This document shows positions 51,356 through 64,000 of a DNA stretch of 64,000 nucleotides, one piece after another. The stretch covers positions 70,930,001 to 70,994,000 of the forward strand of contig NC_045697.1 of NCBI RefSeq assembly GCF_009834535.1, in the 5' to 3' direction. The notes beneath the pieces were generated by a model, which did no database searches, was not told the DNA's origin, and saw only the letters and a list, made by a program, of their open reading frames with translations. The position numbers and the translations under genes are program-made. The stretch comes from Camelus ferus (Eukaryota). Position 1 is the stretch's first letter. Every line of letters starts with the position of its first letter.

Positions 51356-51717
51356 CATTATTGACTGAATATTTGTGTCTGTCTCCCTCAAATTCATATG
51401 TTGAAATCCTATCCCCCAATGTGATGGTTTTAGGAGGCCAGGCTTTTGGGAGGTGATAAGGTCATGAGGCCAGAGTTCTCACAGGTGGGACCACTGCCTT
51501 ATAAAAGAGACCCCAGAGAGGTCTCCAGCTCTCCATCTCATAAGAACACAGTGAGAAGCCAGCGTCTGCACCCTGGGAGAGGGCTCTCACCAGAGTCCAG
51601 CCCTGCTGGCACCCTGATCTCAGACTTCCAGCCTCCAGAACTGTGAGAGATACACTTCTTTTGTTTAGAAGCCACTCCATCCATGGGATTTTGTCATTGC
51701 AGCCCCCAGCTAATACA
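51356..51717 (+). mobile_element. MLT1A0 solo LTR with perfect 5-bp TSD
   Basis: aaattcatatgttgaaatcctatcccccaatgtgatgg...gccttataaaagagacccc...ctcagacttccagcctccagaactgtgaga; TSD ACCAC at 51351-51355 and 51718-51722. Confidence 0.92.
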
Positions 51718-53252
51718 ACCACCGCTTCATTCTTCAGCACATGATTTTTCCTAGAAAGAAAATGTGCTGTTTCACATCTTTGCCACTTCTTTCTGCTGTT
51801 CTTGTAGGGCATAGGTAAAATACCTTCCCCTGCAACCCTAACCTCCTTTAGTTTTCCCATGGCAACCCATGCATGCCTGCCTCCCGATCCTGGATTTCTC
51901 TTTCCCTCACGAGCTGGATGAGGAAATCCTTCTGGGCAGGGATTGTGTTTCACTGGTCTTTGTATCTACAGTGTCTACTGAAGAAGGAGAACAGAAGCAA
52001 ATCAACACCAGGCAGGGATTTCATTCTTCAAGCTCTTCCTCCACCTTCTAGAAAGCCGGCAGTCCTCTGCTTACAAAAGCCTTGCAGGCTTCCAGATTTT
52101 CAGATGTAACAAAGTGAAGGCAGAAAGAAGAGATCGGCATCACCACTACCTCAGGACTTTGGTAGCACTTTGTTAGCCTCCGTTGTCGTTTGCAACTGAG
52201 TGGGAGTCTTTTGATAACTTCCATATTGAAAGATTTCAGAATGGAATCCTGAGATATTCAATGAAGAACAGGAAGGCTTGTAACAGTTTGATTTCATGGC
52301 CTTTACTCAAGTAGATTTCTCCTTTTAATGCCTTTTGGCAAGGCAGGCTCCACAATGTACGAGGCAGGAAGGACATCTCGATAAGTGAAGAATTGGGCCT
52401 TTGTTTCCACGAAGGGGAAACTCAGAACTCTTCCAAATGAAAAAAAAAAAGGGCTCCTGGACATGACACAAGAAGGACGTTGTGAGACGAGAGCCAGAGT
52501 TAGCAATAAGGATGCAAACATGAAAGCAATTCTTTGCTGGAAAGACACTTTAAAATCCCCAGATCTGCAGGCCAGGGTCTGCCACTGGAATTGGCAAAAG
52601 AAGAAGAAACAACTGACTTTCATTTTGGCTTCTGCCACGAGTACGCTTGCTTTGTGATTCTTGCCCAAAGTCTCTAAATGAGATGCTTGGTGTGGATTCC
52701 AAGCGCCTGCCTTCTGACGCTAGCATGGAAGACATAACACAGTCTTTTTCCTCTCTTTCCAGTGGAAAGAGTTTTAGAAAATAAGCTGCTTTGAACAATA
52801 TGTTGAAAATAAAGTTTATTTTCCAACATAGGTGGTGACTTATCATTCTCGCTTAGGAAAACCACAGGGACACATAAAAGCAAAGCATGAGGTACAGAAA
52901 GCAATTACAGAGCAACATTTTTCCTTTCTTTCTCCTTTGTCTTTTTGGAATTTCTCCTAATAATTCTCCTGAGAGAATTTTTACACTTTTTATGATATTG
53001 AGCTTTTTATGTTAAGGAGGCCCTATTTTCAGGAGCAAATACAGCAAGGTACAAGGACTCTCTCTAAAGAACTTACATTCCAGGGCAGACATAGCTTTCG
53101 TAATCACCTAGATCTCAAGACGGATCCAGAAATAACTTGAGAGAATACGGGCTGAGTGCATAGTAAACGTCTGGCACAGAACAGACATCCTGCAGAATTC
53201 TTAGCCATCGAATTTGTCCTTTGTCTCTACTTCTTCTTTGGACACAATGACG

Positions 53253-53332
53253 TTAGATTGAACCATAGGAAACTGTCATTCCTATAGGTCAAAACCCGGC
53301 AGACATCAGCAGTTGCATACGGTTCACTCTCA
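53253..53332. mobile_element. MADE2 (mariner-derived 80-bp MITE)
   Basis: ttagattgaaccataggaaactg...cagttgcatacggttcactctca followed by TA; length and TIRs match MADE2. Confidence 0.8.
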
Positions 53333-53434
53333 TACTACACTGATTTCAAAGTAACAGACATGGAGCAGCTGAGAGAGAAGAGTCCCCCTGGAATTTCATC
53401 TTTAAATTTCAGGCTCCTTCTTAACACTTTTTAA

Positions 53435-53685
53435 AAAATAGACAATTAACCTGTAGAGGGTTTCTCATGGGTTTGGCACTGTGTTGAATGGCTTGCATGA
53501 AGTCTCATTTCATGATTACAACCATTCTGTTAGGTAGGTATTATGATTACCTACATACAGATAAAGTTTACAGATTTAAAAAAAGTGCAACTTACAAAAA
53601 TTAAGTAAATTGTCCAAGGGCACCTATCTTGTAAGTGACAAAGATCTAGGGCTTAAAGCTGAGTTCTGAGTGACACCCAGGTCCT
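53435..53685 (-). mobile_element. MIR SINE
   Basis: ggcactgtgttgaatg...tctcattt...aggtaggtattatgatt...aagtaaattgtccaagggcac...gtaagtgac. Confidence 0.75.
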
Positions 53686-56034
53686 GCAGGAGCCAGTTGG
53701 GCCATTTCTAATGATCTATTTACAAGGGGTATGAAAACATTACAGCAAATGTAAGAAAATGAACTACATTTACCATCGTTCTTCTCAGGATGAGTGCTGT
53801 GTGTTGGTTGGCAGAAATACTTTGATAGACTGCACGGTTTGGGAGAGGGTGGTGGTGAAAGGTGACAGCCCCCAGGAGACGTAGGGGCCCACATGGCAGC
53901 TGTCCCTCATGCAGTGTGCCAGGGCAGGCTGTGTTGGCCACCACAGCTCCTGGTTCCTATGGTTTGAGGTGAATGTAGCATCACTTAGTGATCGTCCTGC
54001 ATTCTCAAGTTTCCACAAGTTTCACCAAATGGATTCCTCAGTTCTGTGACTCACCAAAGTTTTGTTTGAACTAATGCTAAACCTCGGGGTGTGAAAAATG
54101 GCCTTGTCAATCCCTTGCTCACTGTGTATACAGTTCACTACTTTGTGCTGTCTTACACTGCAGGCTCTCCAAGTAGTTGGTCCAGTCAGACACTTTATGC
54201 AAATCCTTCAGTGGGGGGAAAAAAAGGCACATTTTGGAAGGGTGCACATTTCACATCAAATAAGTGAAAGCATATTGTGGCAAAAGATCCAAAAGCATTA
54301 AAAACATCCCCAAACATTTCTCAGCCAGTTTTATTTTTCCACTGCTTATAAGCCACTAACTCTGCCTCTCAGTTGCGTGAGGGTTTAAGTAACTTTCCAA
54401 CTCAGGAACGACCATGGCTTCCTGAAGCACAAACATCCAGACTTTTAACAGGAAGTTACAGCAAGAGGCAGGCTTGTCTCCAAAATCATCCATTACGAAC
54501 AAGCCTCAGAACCTTTGATCTTAATTAGCTAAACAAGCTCCTAGGGCTTTATTGGCAGAGCCAGCTCAATTAATTTGATTTAGTCACATTTTTTCCCATT
54601 TGGTATACAGTTTGGGTCATAGTAACTTAAAAAGATGACCAAGATATGCAAAGATACTTTATCAGAGGAAAAATAGGGCTGGAACATATGAAGTCCATTT
54701 CCTGTGTCCTAGAACTTGAAATGCCCAATTTGTTGTATATGGTAAGGTCCAACTCCTGCATCTCATTGGGTTCTTACCACCATATATTTAACAAATGCAA
54801 TAACCACACACCAGCCCGACCAATCATAATAGACTTTGTAATAACTGGTCTTTGCTTACCTCTTTGTACCATCAAAATATGAGCCTTGATATTAAAGGTT
54901 GATTTACTGTTGAGGCAGAAAGGTATAAACCCTGGAAGCAAGAGATCTTTAGAATTTTCTTTTCATCTATTATTAACTCCTAGGGATAGATAACTTCAAA
55001 ACAAAACGAATTGAATGCTCAGACATCTGCACACGGCTCTTCCTTTTGTTGCTGCCTCCATTCAAATTCTCTACATGCAAAGAAATCACTGTGCAGGGCT
55101 GTGTGCATAGAACTCTATCCACGCTATAGGTTGATTCAAGGGATTTACAATGGTAGCTGTTTCCATATTTTGTTTTCACTTTCTGCATTGATTTCAGAGA
55201 TTAACCCCCGTGATTCCTCTGAGGAAATGACCTAATGGTTCCTCAGAGGATTAAAAAGCATTCAGACTGCACCACGGTGCTAAGCCATAAGCAACTTTTC
55301 TTCATAATTAGTCTTTGTTTAGAATGTGATGTTCTATCTTCAGATAGTTACGTGACAGCAGACTATTTATTCCTCTTGAATACAGTGAGATAAAAAGTTG
55401 TTTTTTTTAATAGCAACTCCTACTCACCCCAACTCCTTCCTATTTTGTGGTAGCCTTTACATGATAGGCCGCAGAGAAGGGTCTAAGACGTCTCAGACTG
55501 TCTTGAATAAGGATGCTCCTCCCTTTATCTTTTACCTAAATGTGGATCAAAGGGGCCGAAGGATCTCCAGGGACCCAACTGACCAGCGGCTTCCTGATTT
55601 TCTTTCTCCTCCTCATTCATATGCCCAGCCCAATTCAGTAGGATGTGGAAATGCTGACTGCTAGACTGGTAGAAATGACCCCCATCAGCTCCGGGGAAAA
55701 GCAGCTCAGGGATGGATAATGTGCTCTCAGGCAGAGAATAAGCTGGTACCCTGGAGGTCCAGGGATGCCACGTGCTACATAGTACGCTGCAAGATGGAAA
55801 GGTTTTCAGTATTCTAGATTTGATCATTAAAAATGCCACATGATTATATTTGTATTCTCCTCCAATGTATGTCTGTTTAAATAAAAAAATATTTTGTGTT
55901 ACATACTATGGAATGAAGTTGACTTACCATGGAATTAAATTACTTCTCAGAATCAAGTTTTAAGAAGATACACCATATTTTTTCTATGCAATCTCGTGTC
56001 CTCTGGCACACCAGCTTGAGAATCTCAGATGCAG

Positions 56035-56160
56035 ATAAAGAGCGTTGAACCTAGAGAAAGAGGCCTAGATTCTAATCCTGCCTCTGACACTGATATTGTC
56101 TTTAATCTTGATTATTTTGTCTAATATCCCTGTTCCCCCTTTTTAATGAAGGAAAATATT
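56035..56160 (+). mobile_element. MIR fragment
   Basis: aaagagcgttgaacctag...cctagattctaatcctgcctctgacact. Confidence 0.55.
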
Positions 56161-57839
56161 TTCAATACATTGCAATTCTAAAATTTTATAAAGTTGGTAT
56201 TTTTGTATTATAACATTATCTTTAAAATAAGTTGAGTCACATGAAAAATTCTTGAAGACATTTGATGCGCCTAGAAAAGAGAGTGGAGTGGTCATGAAAA
56301 ATAAACATAGGGAAGATTTCTTACCAAGAGTTTATTGAAGTCAGGGAGACTGAATTGAGACTCAGAAATCAGCACAATTCCACCTACCACTGTCCTCCAG
56401 AGCAGCTGTATGATGGCCATGCCTAATCCATTGCCCTCCCTGCATCTCTGTGCTGCTTTGCCAGGCTCAACCCACTTGAGGGGCAGGCACCTCAGTGGAT
56501 ACCTCAATATTTAAAACCAGATTATAACCATAGCCTGTCCTTGTGTGGCATCAATAAATGACCAAACTCAAAAAAAAGAATTGGTGATGAACTTGAGCTT
56601 CAAGATTTCTATTGTTTTCTGCCTTTTGTATTTAAAAGTGGTCAATAATCAAAAAAAAATATTTAGCAAAAGTATGTATGCATTTTTTTCACAGAGCAAA
56701 GCTGCTTCAAAGAATCTATCTCCAAGATATGCTAGCAAAAACACAAGCATAGCATATCTAAATAGTAAAAGACTGAAACGAATGTGAAAGTTCATCACTA
56801 AGGCACTGGTTGAATAAACCATGGTTTGTCCATGTGATGGAGTACTATAAAGCTGTAAACAAGGCATGAGCAGTATCTCCATGTAATGCAATGAATTGAT
56901 CTCTACAATACAGAAGGTGAAAAAAAATGGAGAAAAAAATGAGCATAATGTGGCTGACATAAGAAAGGAATGAATATGAATATATACATATTCATATTTT
57001 TTAAATGGAAAAATAAACCAAAACCCAATTTTATTAAAAATACCATCTGTAGGGGAGGGAGGAAGTAGGGTGGAAGAGCAGGGCTAGTCATAGATTTCTT
57101 TGGATATCCCTTGCTTTGTAAATTTAACTTTGAAATTTTTGCATAATTCTAATACAAAACTAAATTTTAAAAAAGGCCTAAAAACCAAAGCAACATTGAA
57201 ATGAACAAACTTGGGAACTTAGGCATTTATCAAGTTACTAGCATAACTGCATGGAAGGAACTATTTCAATCAACTTTACAAAAGAGTAAATTGATTTTAA
57301 GTTCCTAACGGGATATGTCATAAGACAAAGAGAATTACAGGAAACAAAATTAATAAATCTGAAAATGTTTTCAGTAACCACATTGTTGGAGATTGTATTG
57401 GTATTGTTATTCTAAGATTTTTGCACATGAATTGTGGAATAAATCAAGCGAGTGATTACATTGGTTCATTGGGAACTGGAATTTTCTCTGTGGGAGAAAA
57501 GAGAAGCAGATGAAAGATAAAGTTAAGTAAAAACACTGTAGTCCTGAATGTAAATGAAAATTGTCAGTAGAAACTTATGAATAGGTTATCTTTTGAAAAG
57601 AAGCAAATTTCCTAGCCACATGTACTGAATAGGTCTAGAAATAGGTGCCTATCCCAAAGCAATGTATACCCATGTTGCCTGCATTCTCAAAATCTGCTAA
57701 AGGAAAACAGGGCAGCTTAGAGAAAAGACCCATTCCTGGCCTGGGGCAGGAAATGTACTGGACAAGTCTGGAATATCTTGTCATACAAGACAGCAAGGAC
57801 GCCCTCAAAGGCTTCAGTGGTTGTCTGGACAGGTCTTAG

Positions 57840-58042
57840 GTGCAATGATGGACCAGACCCAGGACATACAGGCTCATGAGAGCTGATTGCTAAGTATCCA
57901 GAATTTTCTGACCCTGTTGTTAAAACATTGGTAGCCTGAGATTAGCCACGTTGGGAGAATTTACACCAAAGAAATTGGCAAATACTACATATTACATCTT
58001 TTTCTTTTTTATTTGAGAGCCTGTTTGCCAGCATAGCACTGT
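57840..58042 (+). mobile_element. MER63A-like (hAT-Blackjack)
   Basis: ggctcatgagagctgattg...ttggtagcctga...tttacaccaaagaaattggcaaatactac...gagagcctgtttgccagcatagcactg. Confidence 0.8.
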
Positions 58043-58946
58043 ATGGGGGTCAGTTTGAGGAGATTTTGAGCAAAACTTTTTGAGGATCAATAAGAATAAT
58101 AACTGCAATGTAGTGAAGTGTATTAACTATAATTAAATCTATGTGTTCATAACATACACACATACAATTTTGTTAGTCATCTATGAGGTGATCAAATTTC
58201 TATTTTGAAAACTGGTGAAGAAGGGGAAAGGATCAAGCATTTATCTTGTTGTTTCTATATAAAAAAAGTCAAGGGAAACAGAGTTGATAGGGAAAGCTTC
58301 TTTTTCTAAATCTATGCCAGATAATAAATGATGAAAGAATGACAGGCCATCACCATTTATAATCCCTAATTAATGAACGACTCTTGGCAATGAACAATAT
58401 CTGCTAACATTACCAAACCGAAGAGACTCAGACATTTGCTTACCTCAAACACCATCCATGAAATAGTCTTACCTGCCTCACTTCCCACACCCCCATTCCC
58501 CAAATTAACCTCTACAGCTAACTACCATTTTACAGGAAACACAAGGAAAAAAGGAATAAGTTAATGAAAACCATGCAATTAACAAAATTCATACTGTTGG
58601 AAACTCTGCAGGACAAATTCTGCAATTTCTTCCAAAAACTTGCAAAGAAATATAAAAAGATGGGAAAGTGGGGAGAGAGAGGGAAAGAATATCAATGGAT
58701 TAAAAGAGACTTAAGAAAAATCAGTCAATCGCAATGTATGAAACTTATTTCCATCCTGACTCCAACAAACTCTGAGTTTGATAACTGAACATTTAAAGTT
58801 ATTGAGGAATCATTCAGTTTGAAAGCAGAATAATGACATCGTGGCTATGTTATAAAAATGAGCTCCTATTTTAGGGATACTTGCTGAAATATCTAGGGAG
58901 AAATGATGTGATATCTAGAGGGTAAAGGTAGTTAAGGGTATAGAAC

Positions 58947-59180
58947 TCAGTGACTCTAAGAGTAATCCATTGGCCACAGAATCTGCATCATCTAGGAATT
59001 TATTAGAAATGGAGACTCTCAGGCCCAAGCATAAACTATAAAAAATACATGTTAAAAATAGATACAAATGTATAAAAATAGTTTAAAATATAGTTTAAAA
59101 TAAGTATAAAATACAGTAAAAATGAATTTTAACATTCAAATTGACTCTTAAGCTTCTTGAATTTTGAGAAGTTCAGGTTT
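58947..59180. mobile_element. MER5A remnant with an AT-rich internal expansion
   Basis: gcatcatctaggaatttattagaaatggagactctcaggccc ... ttttaaca...ttttgagaag. Confidence 0.55.
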
Positions 59181-62096
59181 CCTAAAGCACAGCTGGTCTT
59201 TGTTTAAGATGCGTGAGAGTTACCTTAAGAAACTATTCTCTCTTTATTTGTATCTATTTGAAATGCTCCATTATAAAATTTTCTTTGAAGAAAAAGGCAA
59301 ATTAAAGAGAAGGGTGGTTAGAATACGTATAACTCAAAAGTAGACCTTCCATTTCCTTCTTCGCCTTAGTTTTTCTTTACTTAGCTCCCTGTCTGGTATT
59401 TACCCTCAACACATTCCCTAACTGACCCTGAGGTGTCCTCCCAGGGCACACTCTAGACACCTTGAACTCCATTTCTATCGTGTTCCAAATCTTAAACCCC
59501 AGACCTGCAAGTGGTCTTCTTAAAGGGGATGATTCCTCTGTTCCCAGAGCCCCAACAGCTCCTCTGCAAACTGTGTTTGAAGCTCTCCAGGGGAGCTGAG
59601 CAGACGGCGATGCCCTCTGCCAGGAATGGCTGGCAAAACCCATGAGGAGATGAAGTTTTCCAGCTGGCTCCATGCCACAGCCCAGCTGCACTTGTTATTT
59701 CTTCAGTGATTTTCAAAAATATTTTAGCACCATTGTGAAAGCACCAGAGGGGAGGTAAAGGAAGCTCTCTGTACACAGGGATTGAGCAGTGCATTTTCTG
59801 TTGGTCAAATATGAAATAGGAATGAGGTTCAGGGAGTCAACAAGACTAGAGGAGAATCAAGAAAACAAGGATCATTCTATTTGTGTTTCCCCTCTTCTAT
59901 TAGGCAAGGTTCTTTAACACATCAATGCATTTTCACAATGGTTTAAAAATCCACTCAACTTACTGCATTTATACATTGTCCCAACTCATTGTCAGTCGTC
60001 CCTCCTTCTGGTTGTTTTTTTTTTTTTTTTCTTTCCTAACTTCTACACATCATTGCCAAGTACTTCAGAATACAGTCTTTGGGGAATCACCCTGCCCAGA
60101 AATTTAATAACCAAAGCCAGTTAGTATTAGGCAAATTCCACTCTGTATTTGAAAACAGCAATAACGTTCTTTTAAATATTTGGAAAAAAGTAAATTTTAG
60201 TAGTAATCAAGTAAATGCAGAGGAATGTGATATGTCACCTTCACCTCTAGATTGACAAGCAGCATCACAGGGATGAGGAAAAGCCAGCGCACTTCAGGAG
60301 TGCTAATAAGAGAGTGATTTCTCCTATATTTTGTCTAGACATTTCAGAGCTTTAGATATAGATATTTAAGTCTATGGTCCATTTTAAGTGTGCATGTGTT
60401 TGTTGCAAGGTACAGATCATATTCACTTTTTTATATGTGGATATCTGTTGTGCTAGGATAATTTGCTAAACACTGTCTTCTACCACTGAACTGCCATTGT
60501 ACCTTTGAGAAAATCACTTGTCCATGTATCCATCTGTGTGGGTCTATTTGAGTACCCGCTCTTTTGTTTCATTGATTGGTTGTGTTTACACCAATACCAT
60601 GTTGTTTTGATCGCCGCAGCTTTATGGTAGGTCTTGAAATCAGGTAGTGTTAGTTTTCTGTTCTTGTAATGTGTTTGGTTTTGGTATCTGGGTAATGCTT
60701 GCCTTGTAGAATGGACTGGGAAGTATTTACTAACCTTCAGGTTTCTGGAGGAGTTTGTATATAATTGGTATTAGTTAGTCTTTAAATATCTGGTAGAATT
60801 CAGCAGAGAAGGCACCTGAAACTTGAAGTTGTCTTTGTGGTAAGGTTTTAACTAAAACTTCAATTTTTAAGATAAGTATAGGACTGTGCGGATTATTTCT
60901 TCTTAAGTGAGCTTTAGTTATTTGCGCCTTTCAAAGAATTTGTCTATTTCATCCCAGTTGAAGAACTTATTGCCATAAAGTTGTTCACAAAATTTCCTTA
61001 TCCTTTTAATATCTTTAGAATCTGTGGAGATGTCACTCCTCTCCTAGTATCTTTTGTCTTCCTCCTATTTTTCCATATTAGTCTGTCTACAGGCTTACTA
61101 ATTTTATGCATTTTAAAGAATCAGTTTTTCATTTCATTGATTTTTATATAAATACTTTATCTGTTTTCTATTTTGCTTATTTTCACTTATTTATTATATC
61201 CTTTAATCTACTTACTTAGAGTTTATTTTCTCTTTTGTTTTTGATTTCTTAAGGTGGAAGTTGAGGTCATTCACTTGAGACCTTTTTTGGGTGTTTAGTG
61301 CCCTCAACCCCCCTTTTGCTTCCATTGACTCATGGATTATGTAGAAGTACATTATTTACTTTCTAAACATTTGGGGATTTTCCAGAGATTTTAAAAAATT
61401 AATTTCTAATTTAATTCCATTGGGGCCAGAAATCATACTCTGTATGACTTGAATATTTTTCATTTTATTGAGATTTGTTTCATGCTTCAGAATACAATCT
61501 GTCTTGATAAATGAGAAAGTGTATTCTGCTCTTGTGGAGTGGAATGTTCCATAAATGTCACTTAGGCCAAGTTTGTTGATAGTGCTGTTCACGTTTTTAC
61601 ACCTTACTGATAGTTCTATCAATATTGAGAGAGCTATTGACATCTTTGAGATCATTGCTAATCTGTCTTGTCTTCCTTGCAGTTCATCTATTTGTAAGCT
61701 TTATTATTAGTGTATCAACATTTAAGATTGTTATGAGCTTTTGAAGAATTGAGTTTTTGTTATTGTGAAATAATCTTCTCATCCCTGGAAATATTTTTTG
61801 CTCTGAAATATGTTTTTTCTGGTGTTAATATAGCTCCTCCAGCTTTCATGTGATGAGTATTAGCATAGTATGTCCTTTTCTAGTCTTTTAGTTTTTTTTA
61901 ATTTTTAATTCATTTGTGTCTCTGTATTTGAAGAGTGGGCCTTATATACAGCTTATAATTGTGTCTTGTTTTTTAAAATCTAATCTCTGACTTTTAATTG
62001 GAGTACTTAATTTAAATTTTCTGTGATTAAATTATTAGGCTTGAATCTATCATTTTACTACGTGCTTTCTATTTTTCCCATCTGCTTTTTGTTCTT

Positions 62097-62127
<31 letters not shown>

Positions 62128-62132
62128 TTTTT
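62097..62132. repeat. (CT)n followed by poly(T)
   Basis: tctctctctc...tttttttttttttt. Confidence 0.9.
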
Positions 62133-62482
62133 GCCTCATTTTGGATTAATTGAATTTTTTATGATTTTATTTTATCTCATTCGTTGGCTTATTAGCTACA
62201 GTGTTTGCTTTGTGATTTTAGTGGTTGCTTTAGGGTTCACGCCATGCTTGTTTTACCTTATCCCAGTCTACCTTAAGTGCCATTAAAATACTCCATGTAC
62301 AGTATAAGGATCTAACCGTATATTTTCGTATCTTTTCTTCTGAGCTTTGGGCTATTGTTATCTTACATTTTACATGTATTTTAGACCCATCACTACATTA
62401 TTATTATTTTTATTTAAACAGTCCATGATCTCATAGACAATGTATTAATTAGAAAAAACTGTACATTTGTTCATATAGTTAC

Positions 62483-62978
62483 TATTATGAGACAATTCTT
62501 AATGAGTTTCCCCTATTTCTGAACATCTTGTGAGCAAAGGCACTAAAAGCTTTTTTCAGACTATCTTTCCAAGGATGTTTATGTAATGAACAGCCTTCGA
62601 TAAAACTAAAATAGTGTCTCCCTCTGGTACAGAGGGCATGAGTTTTTGCTATCTTTTATCCTGAAGGTAATGATTTCCTCCTGGACAAAGTTTGGACAGA
62701 TTTGCTTGCTGCCTATTAAAAATTGTATTTTACTACATTCAGGGTTTTTTACTTACGAGGAACCATGTGCATCACACATCTAGGTCAACCTGCTTTACCA
62801 CACGGGCCTTGGATGGCATGGAGACCTGGCAAGAACACTTGCTGTGTTATGAGTAACAAAGTTCTTTGCCTCTGACCCAGGAGTCTTGTATCTTTTGCCA
62901 GCACCCAGGAAACAGTGGAAGGCTAACTAATTAACTTGCAAATAGAGTAAAAGCTCAGATCATTTCTAGTTTGTGATA
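62483..62978 (+). mobile_element. MER67 (ERV1) solo LTR nested in L1
   Basis: gagacaattct...gactatctttccaaggatgttt...atagtgtctccctc...gagtaacaaagttctttgcctctgacccaggagtctt...ggctaact. Confidence 0.85.
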
Positions 62979-63760
62979 ATTAGTATTTCTGGGGCTCTTC
63001 ATTCCTTAATGTAGACACAGATTTTCATCTGGTATCATTTTCCTTCTGCCCAAAGGACTTCCTTTAATATTTCTTGGCATGTGATGGATTCTGTCAGCCT
63101 TTGTATGGTCAGGAAGGTTTTTTTTTCTGCTTTTCTGAAGGATATATTTGCTGAATAAAGGATTCTAGGGATGAAGTTTTCTTTCTTTTTTAAATTTCAG
63201 TACTTCTTAAAAACATCCTTCCACTATCTTCTTGCCTGTGTTGATTCTTATGAGATATTCGTTATTTATTTTTTTCTGTGCATAATGTTTCTCTGGCTGC
63301 TTTTAAGATTTTTCTCTTAATGATTAGTTATGAGCAATTTGATTATTTTGATGTTCTTTTATTTATGATTTTTGTGTTTTGTATTAAGCTTCTTGCATAT
63401 ATAGGTTTATAATTTCTATCAAATTTAGAAGTTTTTGAACCATTATTCTTCAATTATTTTTTGTCTCCTCCACTCCTCTCTCCCTTTCCTCTGTAGACTC
63501 AACTGAAGATATATTGAGCCTCTAGAGTTATCCCACAGTTCACAGATTCTCTTTCCATTTTCTTTTTCAAATTATTTTATTTGGGGTAGTTCCTATCATT
63601 AGGACTTAATGCAGCGAATCTTTTCTTCTGCAATATGTAATCTGCCCTTAATCCCAGTCAGCATAGTTTTTCAACTCACAGATTGTAGTTTCCATTAGCA
63701 GAGCTTTGAGTCTTTTGTTAACATCTTCTGTGTCTTGATTTAATTTTGAACATCTGGAAT

Positions 63761-63863
63761 CAGGACCAGGACCAGGACCAGGGTGAGATATGAGCTATGT
63801 CTGGGTCACAAGTTTTAAGAAGGCATTAACCCTCAGGGATGTGCGAGTGCTCAACTCACTCTA
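63761..63863. mobile_element. MER96-like (hAT-Tip100) partial MITE
   Basis: caggaccaggaccagggtgag...tttaagaaggcattaaccctcaggg; 8-bp TSD-like flanks tctggaat / tttggaac. Confidence 0.65.
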
Positions 63864-64000
63864 TTTGGAACACAGTTGTTACTGTTTTAATGCCCTTGTC
63901 TGCTAATTCTATTATCTGTGTCAGTTCTGTGTCTGTTTCAATTGATTGATTGATTGGTTGATTGATTTCCTCTTTCTAGATCATAAAAAAAATCTGTAAG

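Larger units (their letters stand above)
51010..51990 (+). mobile_element. L2 3' region interrupted by MER5B and MLT1A0
   Basis: cctgtgcaaaatcctt...ccttatctct; ends with gggcagggattgtgtttcactggtctttgtatctacagtgtcta. Confidence 0.6.
56770..59285 (+). mobile_element. L1MC4a/L1MC5-like long 3'UTR with MER63 and MER5A inserts
   Basis: ctggttgaataaaccatgg...atggagtactat; ctggggcaggaaatgtac...ctggaatatcttgtcata; 3' end ttgtatctatttgaaatgctccattataaaa. Confidence 0.75.
60317..64000 (-). mobile_element. Old L1 (L1MC/L1MD-like) ORF2-ORF1-5' region, runs off the window; carries MER67 and MER96 inserts
   Basis: Peptide STINKLGLSDIYGTFHSTRAEYTF...ISGPNGIKLEIN (endonuclease); ORF1 antisense gaataaaggattctagg. 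Confidence 0.9.

Noticed and set aside
51462..51953. 163-aa minus-strand ORF
   Set aside because: It is an antisense read through MLT1A0 and L2 remnants.
1..64000. ORF-track entries as genes; CRISPR arrays, operons or prokaryotic defence systems
   Set aside because: All ORFs are 165 aa or shorter, many start at non-ATG codons or lie in repeats, and the DNA is clearly mammalian. I saw no repeat-spacer array, tRNA, rRNA or snRNA.

Overview
Mammalian (eutherian) nuclear DNA, not prokaryotic or viral. It is AT-rich, CpG-depleted and heavily filled with decayed transposable elements: L1M, L2, MIR, MaLR/ERVL/ERV1 solo LTRs, and Tigger/mariner/hAT DNA transposons. Three short L1 3' tails of cetartiodactyl type, and the absence of any Alu, B1/B2, Bov-tA/BovB, PRE1, CAN or ERE SINE that I could see, point to a camelid (inference). 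I recognise no protein-coding gene, RNA gene or CRISPR array. The only ORF-track peptides with real homology are L1 ORF1/ORF2 and Tigger2 transposase remnants, so the window is intergenic or intronic. I cannot support a new biological system here. The best leads are a compact NF-Y/MYB/NFI/D-box motif cluster at ~50.1-50.4 kb, a CpG-rich patch in an ancient LTR33, a non-TE 29-bp repeat 2.1 kb apart, templated-insertion and fold-back scars in an old L1, a Tigger2-in-Tigger2 insertion, and a weak candidate minus-strand spliced transcript at the left edge. Repeat family names come from my memory of consensus sequences, and most boundaries are approximate (tens of bp).
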